Positions 22,039-33,456 of a stretch of DNA of 64,000 nt are shown in pieces; position 1 is the stretch's first letter, and each line of letters begins with the position of its first letter. Both the position numbers and the translations under genes were made by a program. The notes below the pieces were generated by a model, which saw nothing but the letters and a program-made list of their open reading frames with translations, made no database searches and had not been told where the DNA came from. Source of the stretch: an uncultured candidate division Zixibacteria bacterium (GTDB taxonomy: Bacteria > Zixibacteria > MSB-5A5 > GN15 > PGXB01); NCBI GenBank assembly GCA_963702205.1, contig OY969724.1:3552001-3616000 (forward strand). The letters run 5' to 3'.

Positions 22039-24166
22039 ATGGTTCACAGAATTATTCTGTCTTTGGCCGTTGCTTTCTTGTTGTTTTCGGTCGATTCGGC
22101 CGCTGCCGGAAAAAGTAACGCTTGTTCCAAATTGCTGGATCCAACAATAAAAGTCCAGCGTCCGGGTGGTTTCGATCATCTGGCCGCGGCTTCCGCCTGC
22201 ACCGTCCTGATGAATCAGGATATGGCCTGGCTTATATCAGACTGGGTGGTCGGCAACGAGCTCTATAAGGGTTATCAGAATCCTTCACAAACCTGCACCG
22301 ATCCCTATCCATTTACCGTCGAAGAAGTCTCCATGGTCTTGTATTTTTATCAAGCCTGTGATATTTATGTGTCCGTCGACGTTGAGTCGATCGATAATTC
22401 GACCCCGAGCTGTCCCGTACCGGGCGACATGCTGTCGATTTCATCAGAGTATACTATAAGTATTCCGGCTGCGGATTTGTACGAAGTGACCATTCCCCTC
22501 GATGAGCCGGTCGCGGTCAACGGCCCGTATTTTGTCGGGTTCTTTTTATCTTTCGATGATCCTTATACTATGATCGACCTTGTTACCGACTCGGTACCGA
22601 TAGGCTGTACTACTTTCAACATCTGGGATGAAATGATCGGGTACATCGATCTTAACAATAATAATTACTATGATTTCCCCGGTCGAATATTCCTCTTTTC
22701 GTACGGGACAACCGGCGGCAACAGCGGTGGCGATGATACAACCGGTACCGGCACGACCAATCCCGAACCGTCCACCGTCATGCTCAAGCCGCTGAACAAT
22801 GAGCTGATTCAGGGCCAGCCCCGAATTTGGGCGTCGGAAACTTCGGGCAGCTCCATCATAGACTACATGGCTTTCGATTACCGGAGCTTGGGCGGCGGAT
22901 GGAATTTGATCGGTTACGATTTCGACGGCACGAGGATTCTTCGCAACGGCGTCGATCCCGCCGGAGCCGGCGATGGTTTCAGCATTCTCTGGGATTACAC
23001 GGTTCTCCCCGAGAACCAGTACCTGGCTGCGATCCCGGGTGCTGGATACATTGGGACGCTCCGACGTTGACTCGCACCTGGTCGTGGTCGACCCGACTCC
23101 GCCTCAGGTGCAATTGAACGGCGTTACTTTTGGTCAGACGTTTTGTACACCTATGACAATAACCGCACAAACTCAGGATGAAAATATCGACAGCGTCGTA
23201 TTTGAAAAGAAGAACGTGGAGTTTAATTACGAAATTCCCGTCGCCCATTTGAATCAGAACAATTTCGGCAGCGGATCCGGACAGTACTACTGCGGGCCGG
23301 TGGCGGCCGCGACAGCCGTGCAGTATTATTTCGATCAGGGATATACGTACCTGATGCGCGAAGGAACGTCGGTTCTGAGTATCGATACCGTCGTGGAACG
23401 GCTGGCCGAAGCGATGCAGACCGACAGGTACAACGGCACCTACGACGACCTGTTTTATCTCGGCCTGAACCAATATGTTCTGACTCACGGTGGAGAATTG
23501 GCCCTTGATGTAGTCAGGAACCCGCAATATGGCACGATTCGCAATTATTTTCAGGAACGCGAGAATTTCGTCGTCCTGGCTTTGTCGGGAACGCCGGGGA
23601 TTTATTTAACTCTGGCCGGTGTCTATGGTCTGGCCGATCTGTCCGCTCGCTATCAGGTCAAAATCACCGATCCGCTTAGCGGTCAGCTTCTTTCGACCTA
23701 TATGCAAAACGGCCCATCCACGGCCCGCCTGTATTATAACAACGGATGGCACGACGTCGATATGATTTTCACCATTCGTGGTTACAATCAGGTAACGCAG
23801 AGAACAAGGCTTGGTGTCGATAAAAGCAGTTCCGGTGGATGGTCATATATCTGGGACAGCTATGATCTAATCAATGATTCTTTGTATTTCTTATCGGTCA
23901 CGCCTTATGACGCTTCGGACCTTCATACGACGACTACGGTCCTGATGCAGTACGATTGCAACTACGTTAAAGGCGATTACAACGGCGACGGACAGGTTAA
24001 TATCGGCGATGCTTTGTATTTGATAGATTATTTGTTCAAAGACGGAATTCCGCCCGTCGGTGGCGAAGGCCGGGCCGATGCCAACGGCGACGGCTATATT
24101 GACATTGCCGACGCCGTATACATCATCAAGTACGTTTACGGTACTATTTCAGAGCCACAGTACTGA
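22039..24166 (+). CDS. Secreted dockerin protein with a C39-like peptidase motif; one +1 frameshift at ~23022
   Basis: Two overlapping ORFs join into 708 aa if one C is removed from AGTACC (ENQY-WLRSRVLD). Contains QYYCGPVAAA and dockerin GDYNGDGQVNIGD / ADANGDGYIDIAD. Confidence 0.7.
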
Positions 24167-24202
24167 TTAAAAGCAGAATCATCATTTCAATATCGCAATC
24201 AT

Positions 24203-24541
24203 CTATTTACGTGCCAGCGCCGCGCTGGCGGCCCGTTCCGCGATTTCCCGGTCGATATTGCAAACGTCGATTATCTTGTCGACCGCTTCATCCAGATATT
24301 TCAGCCACTCTTTGTCGGGATAACGCCGCACCAGGTCATCGGTGATTTCATCGGCCATGGTGGCGATATAGACGGCGTATCGGCGGCGATGCTCCAGCTC
24401 AAGAAACGGCAACAAATAAGTTTTTGCGAGGTAGGCCAGAATCGCCATGAACAGCGCTCCGACTCCTCCGGCCAGCCCGATTATATTGTGGGCCACAAAC
24501 TCCAGCAGGGAGCTTAATATGGGTATAAGTGCCAGTGTCAT
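24203..24541 (-). CDS. Holin-like small membrane protein
   Basis: 112 aa, hydrophobic N-half and charged helical C-half; last gene of the capsid cluster. Function inferred from position. Confidence 0.45.
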   Translation of the reverse strand: MTLALIPILSSLLEFVAHNIIGLAGGVGALFMAILAYLAKTYLLPFLELEHRRRYAVYIATMADEITDDLVRRYPDKEWLKYLDEAVDKIIDVCNIDREIAERAASAALARK

Positions 24542-24557
24542 GAATTATTCCTTTCCT

Positions 24558-26457
24558 TTACCAGGTTAACTGCCATGAATTCTGATCGGGGACGGTGACT
24601 TTCTCGCGCAAGATGGCCCCGTCCGATAAAGTAATACTTATTTCATAAGTACTCGAATCCGGCTCGAGCCGAACGCTGGGAATAAGATCGATATAGAAAT
24701 ACCCCAGGCTGTCCGATTGCGTTTGACGCACTAACGGTGAGACCACTGCCCCGCCAAACCTTCTCACCCCGGGACTCAGGTGCGCCTCGATTTCGGCATT
24801 CATCTCGGGATTGGCGGCGATATCATAAATATAGCCGTAGACACGACATAAATCCGGCTCCGGGGGCAAACCGGGATCGAAGTGGTATCCCATGAGGCTG
24901 TCGCAGCCCGGCCCCTCAACCGATATTGTATCAAAAGACTCAAAAATGTATGACGGTGCTTGAGCCAGAATCAGGAAATCCCCCACATCGAGGTTGAATC
25001 CGACTTCGCCTTCGTAATTGGTAACACCGCCCGCTATAAAAACCATTTGGTCCACCGAACGCACCGCCACCCGAACGCCCGGCACAGGGCTTTGTGTGGT
25101 ACTATCAATGACTGCTACAGTCCGGGCGTACATTCCGTCGCCCAGGGATGACCCGGCTTCGGTCCTGTTCGAATCAACCCAGCCGCCTTCGACCGTTCGT
25201 CCTGAGTAATCCCAAATACCGGCCGCTGACAGACCGGAGGCTTCCCCCTGATAGGCGGCGCTGTCGTCGGCCGACCAATCATCCGGTGCGACCGCCAGTA
25301 TCTGACCATCAGAATTGGAAGCATTAGCCGTGATCGTCCCGCACCAGTTGCCCAAAGCGTCTCCGCTCGGCGAATTGCCGACTATATTCAAGCCAAACAG
25401 ATTGTCATTGTCACTTTCCCCGTATAGATATAATCCAGCGGCTCCCGCGATTTGGGACGACGTCTTGAGGAAGGCTGCGTTGCCTGCTGTATTTTCGACA
25501 TGTAGCGCACCTTCGGTGTAGAAAGTGCCGCTTAGTTTCAACTGGCTTGCCGATAGTTCCACTCCGTGCGTATGACCGGTTCCGTCGAGGAAATATTTCA
25601 GGTTGTCGGCGGCATCGCTGTCGCCGGAAATCGAAAGCACGTTGGAGCGGGCATTCACCGAATCTGTCGAGGGATCGAACGTCGAGAGACCGGCATTAGC
25701 CAGTGAAGAGATATCGGCGGCCGTCGAATCGACCACTGTCACTTTGTTTGCAACCGATGCCACCGAGCCATGGAGATTGCCGTAGATTCCGGTATAGCTG
25801 CCGGCTCCGATAACGCGCAATGGAGCTGTCTGACCTGATCCTGCCAATAAAGCCAAACCGTACGACCAGTTTTCTCCGGTGGCGATATGGCTGGTATAGA
25901 ATTTCGCGGCACTTCCGCCGGAATTATAAACATAAAAGGCCGCGTTGCCGTCGTTATTTTCAAGTGACAACCTCCTGGCCGATAGTACCTACATCGTGAC
26001 TCGAACCCGTGCCGTCCATGAAATATTTCAGATGATCGGCGGCGAGCGCACTTCCTGATATTCCGGCCAGGTCGGCCATGATCGTGTCGGTCGCCACGTC
26101 GAAAATGTCGGCCACGTAGATATTGTCGAGCCGAAGAATGTACTCTTTTCCCTGGGCTTTCCAGCGGAGGCGCGGGCTGTAGACACCGGCCGAATCGGGC
26201 GTGCTGAAAGTATAACAATATTCGCCGGTGCGGCCGTCCCAGTTTGACATAACGGTTTCGTCAACGACCGCCGTCGATCCCGACCCATAATAAACCGAAA
26301 TAAATATCGAGTCTGGTGTTATTGGCTGACCGTCGGACGTATCCGGGACGACAAACATCACCGGAACGTCTTCGCCGAAACCGTAAGGATCGCCAAAAGC
26401 CGGGATCGTTCCGATTATCATTATTATGAGAAAAGCTGTGACGCCAATCCTTTTCAT
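24558..26457 (-). CDS. Signal-peptide-bearing, virion-like structural/adhesin protein; +1 frameshift at ~25988
   Basis: Two ORFs join into 632 aa on removing one base at AGTACC. The join restores an internal repeat: ISGSALAADHLKYFMDGTGSSHDVVLSA vs ISGDSDAADNLKYFLDGTGHTHGVELSA. Confidence 0.6.
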
Positions 26458-27524
26458 TTGTTTATATTCTCCTGTTTACTGATTAAATATTCGAACATGC
26501 GGTTGGTACGGCCGGTCGTTGTTCCGCCTTCTCCCCCGCCCGGGAGATAAATCGAATCACTGACCGCGGATGACGCATTGCCCGCTACATCCAGCGCAAA
26601 GATTGAAAAGTACACCCAGTCCGGCTGCACCAGGGACAAAGCAAAATCATCGTTTTCGTTTTCCACGGCTGCCCCGGCATAAAGAGAATATCCATCGGTC
26701 GTGTCCTCGGGGATTGAAGTCGTATCCCAGCGAATGATCGTTCGTTCCAGGTCGGTGGAATCGACCGAGCCGATCCCAAGCTTGACGCTGTCGGGGTCGA
26801 GATGAAGCACCGCGATCGCGTTCAAGGCGTCATACGAATCGGGTGCGGAGCTATCCTCTCCGCCACCGCTGCTTCCGCCAAAAACGTGCAGGAAAGGGCC
26901 GACCGCCGATGAATGATCCGATGAATAAAAGCCCAGATAAATCGCTTCTGTCCCGGCTTCATAGGACATGTCCAATACCGCCGATTCAAAGGCCATACTG
27001 AAATTGACACCGAGTCGTACATAAACCGTGTCCAGAGCCGCCGTGCTGCCATCGTGCAGGATCAACGTATCGGCAGGTGCATCATCAAAACGGTCATCAC
27101 CTCCGGCGGCTCCCGCCGTCGCCCAGTCATCTCCTGACGCAAACTCATTCCACGTAGCCTCATTTTCAACCCAATCCCGTTTGCAGGTACAGGCTTTCAT
27201 GGACAGCGTATCTCCGGCCTCAATCGAACCGGTGCACACTAAACCAATAAAGGCGCTGTCAATGTCACCCTCATATACCGGCAGGGCCAGGGAATCGGAC
27301 AGATGAGGAAAGGCGATCAGGATTGTCATCGTATTCCATTGAGAACCGAACAACATGGTGGCGTCGCTGCCGTAATTGGTCGTCGGCAGGTTGGATCGCA
27401 TGTATGTGTCAGCACAATCGGCGGTATCGCTTCCGCTTATGAAGAAATCCCACTGCGCCCTGACCGGGCTTGACGCCAATAGAACCAAAAGCAGCACCAG
27501 CGTTGTTTTTCGATTTATATTCAT
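26454..27524 (-). CDS. Secreted DNRLRE/CBM96-like domain protein
   Basis: Own RBS (GAGGAG) and signal peptide MNINRKTTLVLLLVLLASSPVRA inside the 702-aa ORF; ADTYM.SN.PTTNYGS and WVENEATWN...W.TAGA patterns. Confidence 0.55.
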   Translation of the reverse strand: MNINRKTTLVLLLVLLASSPVRAQWDFFISGSDTADCADTYMRSNLPTTNYGSDATMLFGSQWNTMTILIAFPHLSDSLALPVYEGDIDSAFIGLVCTGSIEAGDTLSMKACTCKRDWVENEATWNEFASGDDWATAGAAGGDDRFDDAPADTLILHDGSTAALDTVYVRLGVNFSMAFESAVLDMSYEAGTEAIYLGFYSSDHSSAVGPFLHVFGGSSGGGEDSSAPDSYDALNAIAVLHLDPDSVKLGIGSVDSTDLERTIIRWDTTSIPEDTTDGYSLYAGAAVENENDDFALSLVQPDWVYFSIFALDVAGNASSAVSDSIYLPGGGEGGTTTGRTNRMFEYLISKQENINK

Positions 27525-27537
27525 TTGATTAATCTCC

Positions 27538-28481
27538 TCAGGCGTTTGACCGGACAAGCACTTTTGCCGGATATTGAGCCAAAGTACAGAATCCATATAT
27601 TCCAGCAGTCGAGGCGTCCAGGCGGTTACCAGACTGTCCTGCATGATTTCATTGGCGGCAGTATTGGGATGATCGTCGGTGCCTTCATAAATCGTCTCGA
27701 TGCACGCCCAATTGGATGAATCGACACTTTTCTCGACCAGCATATCGAACAGGCTCCATGTCAGGAAATTGGGCCAGTCGGCCGTGTCCTGAAGGGTATC
27801 CCACCAGAAAGCGTCGAACGAAAAGGCGTTGGCTTTTTCATTTGCCGTATAGGAATAAGTGTTTTCGACGTACGCCCCTGCTTTCATCGGCACCTGCATT
27901 ATATAAACGAACACGATATTCGGATACTCGGCCGCCGAATCACGCCAGGACAAAGCCTGAGTTCTGTACGACGCAAGGCTGTCGTCTTCGATATTACCCC
28001 AGTGCCAGTACGCCGGAAGAAACCAGATGCAGTTGTACTGCGTGATATCGACCAATGTATCCGGGTCGGGATCCGAATCAATAACCGTATCGCGGTGCAG
28101 CAATCCGGCCTTCATACTGCTCGTATCGTCCCAAAAGCGGGTCAGGTGATCGAGCCACATATTGTTGGAGCAGTATCCATAAACGTCGCCGATCACCCAA
28201 CCCGATTTGTGATCCGCCGAGTCGAAACGGGCCGTCCGCCATCCCGCCCAGTTATCTCCCGGATCGGAATTGGTTCGATAATCCCAGATGCCGATCGGCC
28301 AGGATTCGGCGCCGCCCAGGCTGTCGAGGCGTGATTTAAAGCTTTCGAGCCGGGCGTTCATAATACGCTGGCCGACCGAAGAGTGCTGCCACATGATCTT
28401 GACCGAATCCGGTCGATTATCCGCAGAACCATGACTGGCCTGCAAAAGGAGCACAGCTATGAAAACATAAAGGGTCTTCAT
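27538..28481 (-). CDS. Secreted SGNH-like protein; appears fused to the next gene by a probable 1-nt deletion near 27585
   Basis: Signal peptide MKTLYVFIAVLLLQASHG, QHSSVG and C-terminal DDHPNTAAN. Adding one base at the GTAC site gives a TGA (27538-27540) overlapping the next RBS. Confidence 0.45.
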
Positions 28482-28482
28482 G

Positions 28483-28767
28483 CTATTTCTTGCGGCTGCC
28501 CTTTTTCGCAGTCGTTTTGGGCTTTTCCTCCGGCTTTCCGCCGAGCTCTTCCTGCCGAGCATCGTTGACCATATCCCAGAATTTCTTTTCGGACTTTCCG
28601 GTCACGGCCAGTTTTTTCTTCAGTTCTATTACTTTCATAAGATCACTCACTTTCATTGTTGATTTATCCTTTTGAAATTCCTGGTATAGAATATTACGTA
28701 CTTTTTCGAGCATCTCCAGATCGCTCAATGACTCACCCGAGTTTATTTCTTTTTTTTCCTCCGCCAT
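28483..28767 (-). CDS. Small basic helical hypothetical protein (possible DNA-binding/TerS-like)
   Basis: 94 aa, Lys-rich C-terminus, tightly coupled in the operon. Function is a guess. Confidence 0.5.
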   Translation of the reverse strand: MAEEKKEINSGESLSDLEMLEKVRNILYQEFQKDKSTMKVSDLMKVIELKKKLAVTGKSEKKFWDMVNDARQEELGGKPEEKPKTTAKKGSRKK

Positions 28768-28771
28768 TTTA

Positions 28772-29143
28772 TCAATTCCCCATTTCGAAGATGAACAGGT
28801 CGGCCGTAACCGGCCCCGAAGCCGAGGGATCGCGCGCAACCCGAAAACCGGTCGAGCTTTCATCGCCGATAAGAAAAACGTTGTACTTACTGCGCGGTCG
28901 CAATATGATGCGCGGAGCATTGATTGATTCCGGCAGGTTGTTACCCTTCCAGTCGACCAGATCGCTGAAGTTAACATTCTGCTCCAGACCGCCGATTATC
29001 GAGGATCCGAACATGAGGCGCCCGGTGGAATTGATCGCCGCGGCCCCGAGATAAAATATCTCGGCGTCGTCTTTCAGGCCCCAGACGGAGTAATCCCGCA
29101 CCACCCACATTCGGCGGCCGCGCAAATACATCAATGAATTCAA
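28772..29143 (-). CDS. Hypothetical protein in capsid cluster
   Basis: Strong RBS (AGGAGG), 123 aa, beta-rich. Confidence 0.6.
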   Translation of the reverse strand: MNSLMYLRGRRMWVVRDYSVWGLKDDAEIFYLGAAAINSTGRLMFGSSIIGGLEQNVNFSDLVDWKGNNLPESINAPRIILRPRSKYNVFLIGDESSTGFRVARDPSASGPVTADLFIFEMGN

Positions 29144-29152
29144 TATGACCTC

Positions 29153-29965
29153 CTATGTCAGCACCGGTGGCTTTGGCCGCCCGGCGTCGGGGTGAAAGTT
29201 CTTGATCATTTCGTCGAAGTCGCGTCGGTACGATTCCGCCAGAGACAGCCAGGCCGCGGCGTTCTGGCTCGTGGCTGCGCCGGAACCAAGATCTATCGCG
29301 GCTGCCATGCGACACACGAACGAGACCGCCAGGAAAGTCGCGGCACCCTGTAAAATCGGGCTCGCTCCGAACTTCCCGCCCGGGTCGACCTGGGCCTCGA
29401 CAATGCCGTTGGCATGGCCGACGGCGGCCTCGATAATACTATCTTCGCGACCCGATGGTGACAATTCATAATCGACCAGTACCTGTTGACCGGAATTGAT
29501 GGCGCTTCCCGAAAGCCTGCTGACCCGTCCTTTGAGATAATCCACCTGATAATCCTGATTTTCGACGTACGCCTGGTATCGAAAATACCAGACCGACAAA
29601 GCCGACCCGGCGGTAATGGTACCAGTTGATATTCGCGAGACGGTACAGCCGGAGTAATCGATCATATAGTCGACGTTCTCTTCGAATATCCGGCCCAGAG
29701 ACGAATCCGAAGCCACCGCTACCGGCATCGGCACTGCCGGTCCTCCCGATAAAATAACGGGTACGTCGGCCAGCGTGATCCGCTCATAGTACGGTTCAGT
29801 GCTGGTGATTGCTTTGACTACGACACTCGCTTCTTTTATGACCTCGCCGGGCAGTTCGGCCCAGTCGGTCCCGGTCAATTTGGCGGGGTAATCGAATATT
29901 GCCGATGGACTCATGGCGCTGAGGCGGATATGGCTTTTAACCAAATCTGTATTCGTATAAGACAT
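29153..29965 (-). CDS. Head-completion/adaptor-like protein with inserted beta domain
   Basis: MSYT....VK start and helical C-terminal half as in head-tail adaptors; duplicated EN.DY.(I/V)DY..G.VSR insert; lies downstream of the capsid gene. Confidence 0.5.
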   Translation of the reverse strand: MSYTNTDLVKSHIRLSAMSPSAIFDYPAKLTGTDWAELPGEVIKEASVVVKAITSTEPYYERITLADVPVILSGGPAVPMPVAVASDSSLGRIFEENVDYMIDYSGCTVSRISTGTITAGSALSVWYFRYQAYVENQDYQVDYLKGRVSRLSGSAINSGQQVLVDYELSPSGREDSIIEAAVGHANGIVEAQVDPGGKFGASPILQGAATFLAVSFVCRMAAAIDLGSGAATSQNAAAWLSLAESYRRDFDEMIKNFHPDAGRPKPPVLT

Positions 29966-31381
29966 TTATTGCTCCAATATCTGCACCGCGCTGGTGCCGG
30001 GAATCGCCGTCAACCGGGTCCCGACCGGTCCGGCGTTAAACTGCGAACTGACCAGAGCCCGGATCCAGAAATGATAGTGCCCGGCGACGTCCTTCTTCTG
30101 CCAATCACCCTCTATCGAGGCGTAATCGTCCCATAAAAGCAGCTCTTTATCGAGACTGTCGAAAGAATAAGCACCGCCCGACGGCACAAAACCGGTCCAA
30201 TCCTGCCCGTTGAAATACTGCCACTCGACGCCGCCGCCGGAACCGGCCGTACTTAATATCAGCTTCAGGTAGTTGAACTTGTCATCCATCCCGAGATAAA
30301 GGGCGTCACCTGCGTTCGCGGCCAGCGACGACGACTCCGAATGCAGAACGTCACCCGCGGTTTCATCGGCCGCGGCCGAGGTCAGGTCCTCGTACGTGCC
30401 GGAACCGGCGTGAAAACACAGCACCTTTGCGAAGGTATTCTTGCGGGCATCCAGGATAGCCGGGTCGGAAAATGATCCCGCCACGCGGCGTGAGTACAGC
30501 AATTTGTTTTGATTGCTCCCGACCGACGACAGGTACACTACATAGGGATTATTGTCGAAGTATCTGATTTGCGGAAACGATCCCTCATTCTCATCGATAG
30601 TCGATATCCCCGTCCACCCGCTCCCGTCGTACTCCCGGAATTTCAACTGGCCGTCGTCGAAGACGATTCCCATGCGTCCGTTTTCGGAAAGGGCGACGTC
30701 GAAATTATCGTCGAGTCCCGCTCCGCTGGCGATTTCCTGCTCCGAGTTCCAGACCGGCGTCGTGAGGTGTTTTCGCCGCAAAGCCAGCTTCGCGCCGCCG
30801 AGGGTATAGATCGCATCAAGAAACGCCCCGAATATAATAATTCGGGAATAGGCGCTGTCGCTTGGTCCGGCAATAGACCAGCCGAAATCATCCGGTCCAT
30901 TCATCCACGTGACTCCGTCGTCATCGGAACTTTTGGCATTCACCATAAATTGGGAGTTCGACTGGCGGCTGAAAGATATCCAGAGTTTATCCGTAGACTC
31001 GATTAAAATCGAAGGATAGAAACACCCCGTCACGTTATAAACCGTACGAAGCGTTCCGGCGTGCCATCCGCCCAGGCTGAATGTAAGTTTTCGGAATACC
31101 AGACTATAACTTGAACCAAGAGTGTACGCCACATAGATGTCTCCCGATGGACTCATGACGGCGTCGAAGGGATAGTCGGCGCTGTCGGAAATCATCGTCT
31201 CCGGTACCGCCCATACATTGTATGGAAAATCGGCGTATGTAATTTTGAAGACGTTACCCGACGTGGCCATGAGCATGGCAAGCCGACCGGCGTACGGGCC
31301 GGAATTTATCTTGAAAATCTTCTTGCCGGGACTGATCCCGGCTTTGTAGAAGGCCGATGAGTTCGTGATAAAATTTCTCAT
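29966..31381 (-). CDS. Beta-propeller/BNR-like protein in capsid cluster
   Basis: Asp-box SDDDGVTW, repeated beta-strand blades. True start MRNF at 31381. Confidence 0.55.
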   Translation of the reverse strand: MRNFITNSSAFYKAGISPGKKIFKINSGPYAGRLAMLMATSGNVFKITYADFPYNVWAVPETMISDSADYPFDAVMSPSGDIYVAYTLGSSYSLVFRKLTFSLGGWHAGTLRTVYNVTGCFYPSILIESTDKLWISFSRQSNSQFMVNAKSSDDDGVTWMNGPDDFGWSIAGPSDSAYSRIIIFGAFLDAIYTLGGAKLALRRKHLTTPVWNSEQEIASGAGLDDNFDVALSENGRMGIVFDDGQLKFREYDGSGWTGISTIDENEGSFPQIRYFDNNPYVVYLSSVGSNQNKLLYSRRVAGSFSDPAILDARKNTFAKVLCFHAGSGTYEDLTSAAADETAGDVLHSESSSLAANAGDALYLGMDDKFNYLKLILSTAGSGGGVEWQYFNGQDWTGFVPSGGAYSFDSLDKELLLWDDYASIEGDWQKKDVAGHYHFWIRALVSSQFNAGPVGTRLTAIPGTSAVQILEQ

Positions 31382-31427
31382 AGCTGTTCCAAATGGGTCC
31401 GGTCCAAAACCGGACCCGGTGGAGTGT

Positions 31428-32532
31428 TTACGTATGAACCACGTCGAGAACCACGGCGGCTTCACGAATCACTTTGGCGTAAGCGACCGCTTCGGAAATC
31501 ACCGCTTCCTCGAAACGCTGTTCGATTATCTTGTCGGTACTCGACCATCAAAGGCTGAGTGATGACCTCTTCGACCGCAAAGCGCGAATCGAGCCCGATT
31601 ACAAGGTCACTGGAGACGTCGTCACAACGCACCAGCGCCGAACCGAGCGGGCTGAACAACTCACCCTTGTTCTGAAAACGGAATCCGGCCATGGGACCCT
31701 TGAACTCGTCCAGAGTCAAAATCGTTTTCAAATTGCCGACCGGGCAAATCAGGGTATTCATTTCGAATGGTGCGAACTGTGACCAGAGTGTGATCAGGTC
31801 ATCGTAATCGAGCGCTCCGGAGACGGCCGTATCGACTACGCTGGCGGCGTTATCGTTGCCGTCACCGTTGATAATGCAGTCGACCACGAGCCCGATCTTG
31901 TCGGTCTGGAGCTTGAAACCGATGTACCATAAGAGTACCCTAAATTGGGCCGTAGTACGATACCGCAGCGCTTTGTAGCTGGCCTTTAGACCGAGCCCGT
32001 ACTCCGGGACGTTGAGGGAATGATTTTGCTCGGTGACCAGCAGGTGCGGAATATCGGCACCCTCACCGATCGGCCGCAGAGACAGGCGATCGGTGGCCGA
32101 TGTGTCGATATGAAACGGCGTGTACCGATTATTGGCGACGGTCGTGGTATTGGCGATGATCCGCGAAAGCTCCGGCCGCATGGCCATCCCCTTTTTAATC
32201 TCACGCAAAATGAATTCCGGCATAAGCGACGACGCCTTTTGATAGAACTGCTCGACCGTCGACGGATTCTTGCCGCCAAGCTTGACACCCGCGAGGGCCA
32301 ACTGGCGCTCGAATGCATCCAGCGGCGATCCGTCCGGGGTCGGGTCGTACTCATCGGTCTCCAGAAGCTCGGTCAGGCTGAAACCCTGACCGTCGGCCTC
32401 CAGGTACGTCTCCCGGTCGATCTTCAACTCGGCGGCCCGGCTTAAATCGACCGCTCCATCCATAAGCTGGTCCGTCGCCGCGGAGTCATCCTTCAAAACG
32501 GCCGGTGAATTCAGAAAAGTATTAAAATCCAT
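31428..32532 (-). CDS. Major capsid protein (HK97-type); +1 frameshift at ~31537
   Basis: LDAFERQL, MPEFILREI, IGEGADIP, YGLGLKASY. Removing one base extends the C-terminus to VEYDKIIEQRFEEAVISEAVAYAKVIREAAVVLDVVHT*, a typical capsid end (367 aa). Confidence 0.8.
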
Positions 32533-32542
32533 GACTGGCTCC

Positions 32543-32965
32543 TTAATTCAAAAGTATGGTGCAATCGGTGGTTTCGTTGACTTCCAGGACCGTGCCCCGG
32601 GAGATGTTGCCTCCGGCCGGATCATAGCCGGTCAACACGGGAGCCTGCTTAACCGTCCCCCCGGCCCCGCCGATAACCCGGTTGCCGACGACTGGATAGC
32701 TGGCCGATATGGGCAGTCGGCATACAACGCCGATTTGTACTGTCGCTATCCGTTCGCCGTCGTCGGCGTCGGCCAGGGTCAGGGCAATCAGTTTTCCCAG
32801 CAGGATCGAGTTATTGGCACAGGGGCCGATTTCATAACTGTCCGTCAGGCAGACGGCACAGCCGATGTCATCGTCTTTGAGATCGTCGACCCCGGTGGTC
32901 AGGTGAATTTTGAATGTCGCCAGGACGGGTGCAATCGTCTCAAGGTTATGCTCTCGAATTGTCAT
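32543..32965 (-). CDS. Capsid decoration/cement-like protein
   Basis: 140 aa, Gly-rich beta protein (DIGCAV, ATVQIG, VIGGAGGTVK) immediately upstream of the capsid gene. Confidence 0.6.
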   Translation of the reverse strand: MTIREHNLETIAPVLATFKIHLTTGVDDLKDDDIGCAVCLTDSYEIGPCANNSILLGKLIALTLADADDGERIATVQIGVVCRLPISASYPVVGNRVIGGAGGTVKQAPVLTGYDPAGGNISRGTVLEVNETTDCTILLN

Positions 32966-33038
32966 ATTATTCCTCCGTTATTATGTTAAAGCCGATCGGG
33001 CATACTGCCCGCATGACCGGAGGGGAATTTCCCCGCGA

Positions 33039-33456
33039 TTAAAGTTTATGATCCATCCAGCCGTTCTTGCGGGATACCGAACCCGGCATACCCATCGCAT
33101 ATTTAAAACTGGCCGGGAAACTGTCGCGAAACCGCGCTGAGATTCTTTTATACAAAGCAATTAGATCAGGTACTGTCGATAGTGCATGCGTCGTTGCCCA
33201 GCGCGGCCGCCAATTCGGTGTCGCTTTCTTTGGACCGGCTTACCATGACCGCCTTGAGCATGCCGACAATGCGCCTTCGGTAATCCTCTTTGAGGACGTT
33301 CAGCTCTTCCGTTACAGTATTGCGTTCATTGAGCGTCTGTTGTATCTGCCCCAGGACTTCGGTAGCCCGGTCGAAATCGATCAATTCAACCGCTTCGCCT
33401 TTTATGTTTTCCAGCAGTTGCGCGATTTCATTTTTGAGCGATGCCTTGGCGTTCAC
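33039..33456 (-). CDS. Scaffold-like coiled-coil protein; +1 frameshift at ~33170
   Basis: Helical and charged. Removing one base at AGTACC removes the premature TGA and gives ...DSTDLIALYKRISARFRDSFP...WMDHKL* (138 aa). Confidence 0.55.

Noticed and set aside
26454..28562. Single 702-aa protein as given in the ORF track
   Set aside because: An internal RBS and second signal peptide at 27524, plus a near-frame stop at 27538, indicate two genes; the upstream extension overlaps another gene.
31462..33456. Programmed ribosomal frameshifting in the capsid and scaffold genes
   Set aside because: No slippery heptamer at the shift sites, and the same AGTACC context breaks an unrelated host gene and occurs on either strand, favouring a sequencing artefact.
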